Positions 11,927 through 21,577 of a stretch of 64,000 bases of DNA are shown here, piece by piece. Location: contig CAWJTV010000025.1 in the NCBI GenBank assembly GCA_963845755.1, positions 32,001 to 96,000 on the forward strand, written 5' to 3'. The notes under the pieces are model-generated. The model was not told the origin of the DNA, searched no databases, and saw only the letters and a program-made list of their open reading frames with translations. How positions within the stretch are numbered: the first letter of the stretch is position 1; the number at the start of each line of letters is the position of its first letter. This DNA is from an uncultured Planctomycetota bacterium. GTDB taxonomy: Bacteria; Planctomycetota; Planctomycetia; Isosphaerales; Isosphaeraceae. The position numbers were made by a program, and so were the translations under genes.

Positions 11927-13285
11927 TCATTTCGGCGAATTGATCCGCCGCGGCGCAGAGCTCGGTTTCAATCGGGTCGGCCAGGCCGATTCATCCTTCC
12001 AGAACGTCGCTTCGATCCCGAGTTCGTAATGACTCTGGATGAGGCAGCAGATGTTGTGACAAAGTACTTTGGCGAGCGACTCATTGATCATCGCGGTATC
12101 GGTCTTGCTCCGGAGCGAGTCACCGAACTTCGACTTGATCATCGATGTTGGTCGTCTCGATGTTCGACCTTTTGTGATAATGGCGCCAGGAACTCATCCG
12201 GTTCAGGTTGTAGAGGTGGAACATCTTGGAGAACAGGCCGCCCTTGGCAGCGGTAGTGTTGCTCTTGGGGAGGATGTACGGCGTGCCCCGGCCTGCCCGA
12301 CCATCTCGACGTTTTCGTAACTCAGGTAGGCTGAATCGGCTGAGACTTCCCGAATGCGGAAGTTCTGCTTGGTTGCGTCGAACAGTGGGTGCGAATTGCG
12401 GGCAATCCTCGGCATACCGCTCCCCGATCTCAACCGCCGTTACGATGTTGGTCTTTATGCCGCAAGTCAGATGGACTTTCACCCAATCGTATTTCTGACG
12501 GGGCTGATCCGTACTTGTGATCGAACCAACGGACGAACCGGCGATGGTTGCGAATCCGGACGAGTCGATCGCGAAGTCCTGTTCAACCGATTTGAGAGGC
12601 AGGCTGGACTCCCGATTAGCCTCTTGAGGATCGGCGTCAGCCCGGCCATTTCGAGGTACTTGAAGACCGTGTTGTAATGGGGCGCTACTCGATATGCCCC
12701 CGATCGCACGCTTCGTTCAGATCGCATTGGAACTGCTGGCCCGATACCGTCGAGTAGACCTTGAAGACGGCCGCAAAGATGATGTCACGCAGCGACAAGC
12801 GGGGCCTTCCCTTCTCTTGAGGTGGTTCCTCGATGCCCTGGCAAAGGTCTGCCAGCAACACGTGAAACCTATCCTTCTCGTTGGTCTGAGCCTTGTTGTA
12901 CGCCGGCCAGACCTGCTTGTAAGTGGGCTTGGCGTGCGACCGTCTTCTTCATCACGGTGGTCTCCGTGATGGTCTCGACGGCCGTTTGCGTGGCCTCGTC
13001 GGTCTTCGTTACGGTCTCCGTGACCTTCATCGCTTCCGTTGTGGTGGTCGTCCCATCCTCATTGGCTTCCCGTTAAGCGACGTACTCGACCGCAAAAACA
13101 TGCTTGCACTTCTGCTGACGAGACTCGAAGTCCATACAAGTGCACGTCGGCTGCTCCAGATCGAGCCGCACCCAATAGTTGCCACCGCTTCCGGATTGCG
13201 TGGGAACGGCCCAATGGCCGCTTTTCTTCTGGGTAACCTTGCAAAGAGCCGCGATCATCAAGCCGCGTTGCTGACGAGGGTCCAT
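11927..13285 (-). CDS. SWIM zinc-finger + IS5/IS903-like DDE transposase (many frameshifts, one in-frame stop)
   Basis: N-terminal CTCMDF..CKH (SWIM). Then WPAYNKAQ, FAIDSSGF (D1), WVKVHL, VSADSAYLS (D2) and YHKRSNIETT..MIK (YREK motif). Confidence 0.8.
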
Positions 13286-13301
13286 CGGAAACTCCCCAGG
13301 A

Positions 13302-13392
13302 CTACTAGGCTGATTTCTACTAGTAGTATATACCAATAGGGGTTGCTCTGTCAAGAGTCCCGGTATATACTTCTGGTAGTATTTTCTAGTAG
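13302..13392. promoter_or_regulatory. Overlapping divergent sigma70-type promoters inside an inverted-repeat operator
   Basis: Minus strand TTGACA (13354-13349)-18 bp-TATACT (13330-13325). Plus strand TTGCTC (13343-13348)-17 bp-TATACT (13366-13371). 18-bp IR at 13317-13334 / 13362-13379 (16/18). Confidence 0.65.
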
Positions 13393-13407
13393 CAGGGGGT
13401 TCCACCA

Positions 13408-13585
13408 ATGAAAGAGAAGCCGATCGGGATGGTTCCATTGCCTGGGTGCCGGTGTCGGTGTGGGCACGAGTGGCTTCCACGCGACGCGGCCGAGAAGCCT
13501 GCGCGTGTGCCCCAAGTGCAAGAGTCCGAACTGGGATCGGCCCAAGCGCGTTGCGAGCAAGGTGCAACGTGAAGGTGATGAGTGA
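13408..13585 (+). CDS. Small zinc-ribbon protein (about 58 aa; +1 frameshift near 13501)
   Basis: Reads MKEKPIGMVPLPGCRCRCGHEWLPRDAAEKP-RVCPKCKSPNWDRPK when one base is removed. Absent from the ORF track. Confidence 0.6.
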
Positions 13586-13822
13586 CGCAGAGCAATCGTG
13601 CTCGGGTCGAAAGCTAGACCAGCCGCCTAGCTGCGAGTCAGGCGTGATGTTGTTGGATTAGTGTACGGGCGATACAGCGTGTTGTGTCACGCTCCACGGT
13701 GTGAGCATTAGCGTCTAGACCCTTTGTTATTGCTGCTCTTGACGTTGCGCTTGCGAACTGCCTAGAATATTGATCGAATTTGTTGAATGTATTGCCGGTC
13801 GCGATCGAATCGGGACGACGTT

Positions 13823-14080
13823 ATGGACGAGCCTATCCGCCGCCAGGTGACGCCGGCTCCTGGCCGTGATCCGAAGGAAGGTCTGCTAGTTGACGTCCGT
13901 CAGTCTCACGAGCATTGGAGCCAGTATTTCCTTGCAGACGGAACTATTCTGCGGATCAAACCGCTCGTCACGGAGGTTGTTAGGCTTGATGATGAGTTGG
14001 ATTCCGCGGGCAATCCAACGTACGTTCTAAAGGCAACCCTCATAACTGCCGTAATCAAGGGATCGGGATCATCGGAATAA
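13823..14080 (+). CDS. Small conserved-looking hypothetical protein (transposon passenger)
   Basis: EHWSQYFLADGTILRIK..V.R..D..GNPTY. First gene of a tightly spaced three-gene operon. Confidence 0.6.
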   Translation: MDEPIRRQVTPAPGRDPKEGLLVDVRQSHEHWSQYFLADGTILRIKPLVTEVVRLDDELDSAGNPTYVLKATLITAVIKGSGSSE

Positions 14081-14092
14081 CGGAGGACTTAC

Positions 14093-14542
14093 ATGATCTT
14101 CACCCTTTCGACCGCCGATAATACTCTCAGATTGGATTCCTTGGTTGCTGGGAACACTTATTATTATGACAATATAGTTTGCAGATTAGAGGAGACGATT
14201 GTGCCACCGCCTAGCCCGATCTCAACAGATCAGGACGACGGGGCCGCCAGCCAGACTCAGCATCAATTTGAGGTCCTTGCCCGTCAATGGAAAATTGCAT
14301 CTCGTCGGATGGCGACCGTCAGAGAGATGGTCAAGCATCCGGCCTACAGAGAAATCATTGGCATGGGTGATATCGTGGTGCCGATGATACTGCGCGAACT
14401 CGAACAGGCTCCCGACCATTGGTTTAGCGCCCTGAAGACGATTACGGGTGTCAATCCAGTTCCTGAAGAGCACAGAGGCGATCTCAGGAGCATGGCCGAA
14501 GACTGGACCAAGTGGGGCCGGGAGAATGGATACGAGTGGTAG
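14093..14542 (+). CDS. Helical hypothetical protein, possible partner/immunity of the next gene
   Basis: RBS GGAGG. F..LA.QWK..HPAYREIIGMG..PMILREL..PDHWF.AL..ITGVNPV..W..WG. Overlaps the next ORF. Confidence 0.7.
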   Translation: MIFTLSTADNTLRLDSLVAGNTYYYDNIVCRLEETIVPPPSPISTDQDDGAASQTQHQFEVLARQWKIASRRMATVREMVKHPAYREIIGMGDIVVPMILRELEQAPDHWFSALKTITGVNPVPEEHRGDLRSMAEDWTKWGRENGYEW

Positions 14543-14987
14543 AGACGCCGAACTAGAAGATATGTTTCCAGGGCTTCGGACCACCCCATATCACATCCAC
14601 AGAGAAGAAACAGGACTTTACAATTGCATCGCATGGGCTGCTGGCGATGATACGCGATGGTGGGAGCCTGACGAGGACGGTATCGAATACTGGCCGCCCG
14701 CAATACCACGTGAATACACGATAGACGCATACGTCGCTGCGTTCGAATCTCTTGGTTACGCAAAATGCGACGACGCAAGTCCTGAATATGGATTTGAGAA
14801 GGTTGCCGTCTACGCAAAGGACGACGAGCCGACACATGCATCACGCGAATTCGGCAATGGCATATGGACTAGCAAGCTTGGTCCTCTTCAAATGATCAGC
14901 CATACCTTTGACGCTCTCAATGGCGTCCGATACGGGTCACCGATTCAGATACTCAGGCGTCCCCTCGCATCGCCTGATATCGCCTAG
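14526..14987 (+). CDS. Papain-like Cys-His hypothetical protein (DUF7689-like)
   Basis: YNCIAWAAG..WWEP..YWP..EKVAVYA..PTHA..WTSKLG..YG; catalytic-looking Cys and His. Confidence 0.65.
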   Translation: MDTSGRDAELEDMFPGLRTTPYHIHREETGLYNCIAWAAGDDTRWWEPDEDGIEYWPPAIPREYTIDAYVAAFESLGYAKCDDASPEYGFEKVAVYAKDDEPTHASREFGNGIWTSKLGPLQMISHTFDALNGVRYGSPIQILRRPLASPDIA

Positions 14988-15416
14988 TCTTCCCAGGTAC
15001 TACAACTTGGCCATCACGCCTATTCTGACTTTATGTGCGCCGGCCTGCTACTTCTCGACGTATTAGGCATCGAGCGCCTCTTGGATTCCCCTCGTTTCGT
15101 CATCGCCGCCCCATCGATCGATTTTATAGGCAACCGCCCGAATTTGTGTTTATGGGCAGGTTTGTGTGCAAAGCCTCGCTGACAGTCTAGGCGTCTGGTA
15201 GAGCTTAAGGTTTTTGACGAATCTTCTGATTGGCGAGATTGTTCGTATTACCATGATTGCGGGGAAAAAATGATCTCGGCGGGCGGTCCCGCCGATCCTC
15301 CTGGGTATTAGAACGCGAGGGACGGCGGTCGAAGGTCCGTCTCTCGGAGGACGGCGCGTCCAGCGGCTCGTTGGCTGTCGCCCCGGGAAACCCCAAGGGA
15401 GAGGCGACGGAACGCC

Positions 15417-17521
15417 ATGCGATGGTCGAGGTTGCGCGATTCCCGTCCACGTCGCAGGTGGGACGGGGCTGTCGGCCTGTCGTATGACCAGCTCGAGCCG
15501 CGATTGCTGCTCAACGCGCGGGTCCCGCACGCCACGGCGGATGTCTCCTCGAACGTCGCCAGTGGTGCCGACATCGCTCCCGGCGTGCATGGCTACGACC
15601 CGACCAATCCCACCGATCCCTCCGCGCCGCCCTTGCCCGACCAGGTGCTCACGACCGGCGATGTGAAGGCGCTCTTGCAACGGGCCGCGGCGGCCACCGA
15701 CCTGAACGACGCCATCATCGCCGTCGTCGACCGCAACGGCACGATCCTGGGCGTCCGGATCGAGAGCGGTGTCTCGCCGCAGATCACCGACAATGTGACG
15801 AACAAGGTCTTCGCCATCGATGGCGCCGTCTCGCTGGCGCGCACAGGCGCCTCTTTCGGCAACGACGCGTCGCCCAATACCTCCCGCACCGTCCAGGGCA
15901 TCAGCCAGACCACGGTCACCCAGCGCGAGGTCGACTCCAACCCCGACGTCCCCGACCCCGGCGGCAACTCGACGATCTACGGTCCGGGCTACGTCGCGCC
16001 GGTGGGGATCAAGGGGCACTTCCCCCCGGGCATCCAGTTCACCCCGCAGGTTGACCTCTTCGACATCGAGAGCACGAACCGGGATAGCATCAGCAATCTC
16101 ACGGGCACGCGGTTCAACGTCCCCCCTCAGTACGTCCCGGCCGGCGCCAACCTCGTCGCGCCGGAGTCGTACGGGCAGGTCACGGGCCTCTTGCCCACGG
16201 CGCAGTCGCGAGGGGTCGCGACCCTGCCCGGCGGCATCCCGCTGTATAAGAAGCAACCGGATGGGACCTTCGCCGAGGTCGGCGGCATCGGCGTCTTCTT
16301 CCCCGGCACGACCGGCTACGCCACCGAGGAAAACTCGACCCTGAACACGCCCTTGTTGCGCGACAAGAAGAAGCCGGATTACTCGGACGTCGCCGAGTAC
16401 ATGGCCTTCGTGGCGGCGGGGGGCAGCTCGGCGGCCGGGGTGCCTTTCAATGGCCCGATCAACGGCGCGCGGCGCTGCCCAATTTCACCGAGCCTTTCGG
16501 CCGGATCGACCTGGTCGGCATCACGCTCAACATCTTCGGCCGCGGCGGCCTGGAGGGGATCAAGAACGTATTGAGCTACGGCGCGAAGTTCGGCGCGGGG
16601 AGTCCGGATGACGGCACGGACCAGCCGGTTGACGCCCAGGGGGATATCTACCTGCCCGGCCAGGGTGTGCCCTATGGCTGGCTGGTCACACCCCACGCCG
16701 GCGGCGACCTGACCGCGGCCGACGTCGAGGCGATCGTCGCCCGCGGGATCGCCGAGGCCGGCCAGGTCCGTGCCCAGATCCGACTGCCCTTGAACAGTAC
16801 CACCCGGATTGTCTTCGCCGTCAGCGACGAGAACGGCAACATCCTCGGCCTGTACCGTATGCCCGACGCCACGTATTTCGCGATCGGCGTGGCGGTCGCC
16901 AAGGCCCGCAACGTCGCCTACTACGACAATGCCAGCCTGCTCCAGCCGGCTGACAAGATCAAGGGGATCCCGGCCGGTACGGCGCTCACGGCCCGGACAT
17001 TTCGCTACCTCTCGCTGCCGTTCTTCCCCGAGGGCATCGACATCAACCCGCCCGGCCCGGGCTCGATCCTCAACGATGGCGGCGTGACCAAGTACGGCAC
17101 GACCAAGGGCGCGCCCCTGCCGGCCAAGGCCTTCCAGAGCCTCCAGGGCTACAACGACTTCAACCCCAACACCAACTTCCGCAACCCCGATAACAAGGCG
17201 AACCAGAACGGCGTGGTGTTCTTCCCCGGCAGCGCGCCGTTGTACAAGGACGTCACGGGCACCGGGGCATCCAAACAGATCGTCGGCGGCCTGGGGGTCA
17301 GCGGCGACGGCGTGTTCCAGGACGACGATGTGACGGCCGAGGCGGCGCTGGCGTACGCCCCGCCCAGTCGGAAGCGCGCCGATATGGTGAAGGTCCGCGG
17401 CATCCGCCTGCCGTTCTTCAAGTTCAACCGCAACCCGCACGTGCCGATTGGCGGTCCCAAGTATCACATAGGATCACCCCTGCCCCTGCCCTTGCCGGCG
17501 CCGCAAAAGAAGAAGGCGTGA
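15417..17521 (+). CDS. Exported protein with two GlcG/HbpS-type heme-binding domains (frameshift near 16470)
   Basis: LEPRLLL export motif; IIAVVDRNG..GGIPLY..VGGIGV; FAVSDENG..VAVAKARN..VGGLGVSGDG. Confidence 0.75.
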
Positions 17522-17537
17522 TCCTGGGAGGAAGCTG

Positions 17538-18036
17538 ATGCGAGCATCCGTGTTGCGATCGGTCCTGGCGGGCCTGGTCCTGGCCTCGGGCGTCACGGCG
17601 TGCGCCGAGGACCCGCCCCGGCGATTCCACCTCTTCGCCCGCTATCACCAGAAGAAGCAGGGGACGCCCCCTGCCGGCCAGCCGCGGTGCATCCCGCACA
17701 CCGACGACCGCGCGGGCGACCCGCGGGCGCTGCCGATCACCTGGAACCGAGCGTGACGCCTGGCGGCATCGGTTACGATGTCGGCGGTGGCGTCCCGATC
17801 TGCCATGGCGGTGGTGAGTGCCGGCGACGCGACGAGGGGACCTGGGGCTGGGATGAGACCGGCACCTCGCATTTCCGCCAGCGCGTGATCCTGGGCTGGT
17901 CACACGGGCGCAAATACCAGGGCGGCACGGGCGCGTATCGCGTTCGAACGGGCCGGTCGTCCCCGATCTCATCTATGCCGCCACGGGAACGTTCAACAGT
18001 CTGGGACGACGCCAACGGGGCCCTGAGCAGGAATAG
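17538..18036 (+). CDS. Small exported hypothetical protein (frameshifted)
   Basis: Signal-like MRASVLRSVLAGLVLASGVTACA, continuing in the next frame GYDVGGG..EGTWGWD..LGWSHGRKYQGGTGAY. Confidence 0.5.
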
Positions 18037-18195
18037 GGGTGCAGTCGCGTTGTTGTCGGTGCAGATCACCGGCGAAGGATACCAGAAATGCATCGACCTG
18101 GGCGTCCCCTCGGGAGCCTGGATCGTTGGTGGAAATCACACCGGGGCCGACGGCACCCCGGGCCGTTTCCTTCGCGGTTTGGAAGAGAGCGCGAG

Positions 18196-20065
18196 TCATT
18201 TCCCCGGGAGTCGAAAGGCGGGGTCGAAGGGGACCGGCTTCTCGATCATGCAACTGCTGGCACGTGCCAGGAGGGCACAGGTCGGGCCATCGTCAACGTG
18301 TCGATTAATCATCCGACCCAGTCGCTGGGCCGACTCCGGGAATTGGCCGGCCTCGAACTCGGCGAGTGCGGCCTCGTACTCCGTGGCCAGCTCCGACCAA
18401 TTCGGATGAGTTTGTGTGAACAATTCGTAAAGGTCGATGGGATCAGCGATGTTTTGCACGCGGACCAGACCGAGGCGACGCGCGCGGAATTCGGCTCCGA
18501 GCCGATCGCGTGTCTCCTTGGTCAAGAGGAGGCGGGCGTGGAAGTACTTGGCCGCGCCTTGGACCCGGCTGGCGACGTTCACGGTATCGCCCAGGGGCCC
18601 GTACTTGAACTCGCGCACCGAGCCCGTGTTGCCGACTCGCGCCAATCCCGTATTGATGCCGATGGTCAGATTCATGGGCTCGCGCAGCGTGTCTTGCCAC
18701 CGCGCATTCAAAGCGGGAAGACACTCGAGCATCTCCAGGGCCGCGCGACACGCACGCTCGGGATGGTCGGGCTGAGGCTGAGGTGCTCCCCACATCGCCA
18801 TGAGGGCGTCGCCGATGTAATCGATCAGTACCCCCTGGTGATTCAACCGCGCAATCGGACACGGTGGACAAGACGTCGCCGACCCATCGGACCGTCATGG
18901 CCGGACCCAGATCGCGACTGAGTCTGCTGAAGCCCTGGATGTCACAGAAGAGCGTGCTGATCTCGAGGTCCTCGCCGGCGAGCAGCTCGGGCTGTGCGAC
19001 CAGTTGCCGGGCCAGGTCGGGAGTGAAAAACTGTTCGAACTGGGTCAAGAGCCCCGGCGCTTTTCGTTCCTGCTCCACGCGGGCCAGCCCCGCGGCGACC
19101 CCTCCGGCCAGCAAATCCATCAGAACGGCATCGATTTCCGAGAGGATATGGTCCACCACCGTGGAAACCTTGAGCCGGCGCTCTCCATAGAGGGCCGCGA
19201 TCACTCCCCCGTGGCGATCCAGGATCGGGGAGGCCAGGGCCGCGTGAACACCCGCCAGGCTCGGTGCCATCAGGCCCCCACCCTTCGCGGCGATCCGGAG
19301 CGGGTCCAACCAAAAGGTGCGCTTCTCCTCGCAAGCCCGCTTCAAGACCAGGCGACTGGGAGGTTCGTCGTGCGATTGCGCGGTGGCCGCGACCGCGCAG
19401 GCCACGGTTTCCCAATCCTGGTCCTTGCGAACCAGGATTCGGCCGGTGTCCATGTGGCCCACGTCGACCACCGCCTGGGCGGCTTTCTGGAAGAAATCGG
19501 AATCGGTCGCGGCACTCTGGAAAACTCCCATCGTGGCCTTGACCCAACGAATCACATACTCGGCCTCGGACTGGATGGTATCGCTCCCATTGAGCGTGGG
19601 AGTGTCGATCCGCTTGTAGCTCGATGGCGAGGGAATCAGGGTCGGCTCTCTCAGGCACTCAAGCATCTCCGCCGGCTCTCCAGGCTGGACCGCTTGAACC
19701 TGAATCCTCCTCGCGCCAATATCGAGAGAGACGGGCAGCTCGAGCTGGCATTGTTGGCCCGGCATCACGACCTGAGACTCACCCAGGTCGTCGCCGGCCG
19801 TGAAGTTGGCCTTGATACTGAGATTGGTGAGCTCGATCCGCCTGTCCGCAACGGCCGCGATTCGGGCGTGTTGCCGCGACACGGTCTTCTCATCGTTCCC
19901 GGCGATCACCAGCCGCCATGCGCCCGTCTCCGATTTCGAGAGCTCGTAGAGATCCGCTTTCGTACCCGCGGCCATGGTGCGCCCCAGTTCCAGCGGGCCA
20001 CCGCATTCTTTCGTCGCGACCAGCCGCTCGTCCTCGTAGATCCGGATCAGCCATGGTTCAGCCAT
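18196..20065 (-). CDS. FHA/GAF-domain class III adenylate/guanylate cyclase (frameshift near 18845)
   Basis: FHA motifs LGR..VSRQHA..LTNLS. Cyclase motifs TLFCDIQGFS, DYIGDALMAMWGAP, GINTG and YGPLGDTVNVASR. Confidence 0.85.
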
Positions 20066-21534
20066 GATCAACGACCTTCAGTCGGGTGTGGATAATCCCA
20101 CCGGATCCCCGGAGGCACCCCGGCGACCCAGGTCTCGCGACCGCGGAATTCGCGTTGGCGTCCGGGACCGGACCTGAAACGGTCAGCGCAGCACTCTATC
20201 AGGACATGGAGATGCCGTACAGAAGGGACTCACCGAAGACTCCTCAAGGAACTTCCGAAGTTGAATTTCGAACAACGGAAGCCGGATCGTCTTTTCCGAC
20301 ACCCGCGCCCGCTCCGATCTCACCAGCCCAACCCTGGCGCGGTCGCGAACGGATGGCGCGGGAAGTTCGCGTCGGCCAACAGGTCGCGGATGTCGGCGCG
20401 GCTGCGGAGCGGATCGCCGTTTGTTGGGGTACACGTTGATCACCTCGCGAATGCTGTCCAACTCGGACAGCAGCCGTTGATGCCGCTTGGGGGAATGTCG
20501 ATCAATATGTCCCACGTGCCCGGCGCGGGTGGCTTCCTGCCAGAGGGCCTGGGACAATCCCCATTGGAAGACCTCGGCACAGATCGGCGCGGGCCCAGTG
20601 CCGTCGACAGCGGCGACGATATCCTCCAGCCTGCCCAGATATTTTTTGCCATCACACGTCGGCGGCGGTTGTCAACGCGCGGCAGTGGGAGTACATAGTA
20701 GTTGGTATGCCCCTTAACGTGCTTGGCTTCCAGGCGTTCTATGGTGACCTCCCTCATGGATGACGAGGGAGGAACGTTTAGGGCGTACGTATGAGGAATT
20801 CAAGCCTAAGAACGAATTAGGAAACTCGGGCTGGGTGGGATCCATCGATAGCGAGGCAACCTGCGGGAGTCCGGGGCGATGACCTGCCTCAAGTTTGACA
20901 CTCCCTTACCTTCAGCTATGCATGAGTTCCCCGCTTCGTTGAAGCCTGAAGTCGAGAAATGGCTTGAAAACGACCTTGCCGAAGCGAGCACTCGCCGGGA
21001 ATCGCTTTCAGAACACGACGTTAGAGCGCGTATCGGTTGGATTGCGCACGCCCCGGGACGACGCGAAGCCCCCGCTAAACTTCAGGCTGAAAATAAAATC
21101 GGAATTTTTAACTGCCGCTGGGGCTGAGAGTTGGGGCGGCTCTCGGCCGAAATCCCCGCTAGGTGCATTAACGGTTTTCCAAAGTTGCGGCATCCTGAGA
21201 GTATGGCCCACGTGCGATCACTCCCGAGACGGACTCCCGGCCCGCGCCTCCCGGTTCAGCCCGTCGTCGCAACCGGATTTCCGCAAAAGAGATCGGGGAG
21301 GGCGACATGGAAAAAAGATGTCCCATTGTGCCACTTGATGACACCCGCATCGGTCGGTGAGTCCCGAAGGGGACCTGCGGTCGGCCGGGTGGCCAGGTCC
21401 GCAGACCGTACCACAGCGCGGGCGCGGGCCACGCAACTATGAGGCGCTCTGGGCGACGTGTGAGGATGGAACTCGACTTTGAGCCGAGGAGCGCAAAATC
21501 CGCAACCGGAACCCGATTTCCTGGCGACATCGCT

Positions 21535-21561
21535 TGAGGGGTTCCGAGAGGATTCGTCGCA
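21535..21561 (+). promoter_or_regulatory. Candidate ECF promoter, copy 2
   Basis: TGAGGGGTT-ccgagaggat-TCGTCGCA ends 16 bp before the kinase ATG at 21578. Confidence 0.6.
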
Positions 21562-21577
21562 GGATCGGAGTCATGCC

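Larger units (their letters stand above)
8196..15175. mobile_element. Passenger-carrying transposon with IS903-like ends (IS5 family), 6980 bp
   Basis: TIR GGCTTTGCCCACAAA (8196-8210) / TTTGTGTGCAAAGCC (15161-15175), 14/15 match. Perfect 9-bp TSD TCGCTGACA (8187-8195 and 15176-15184). Lower-GC interior with an internal DDE transposase. Confidence 0.85.

Noticed and set aside
20183..21450. Possible small genes between the cyclase and the kinase
   Set aside because: Short conflicting ORFs with no recognisable motif; perhaps a decayed gene.
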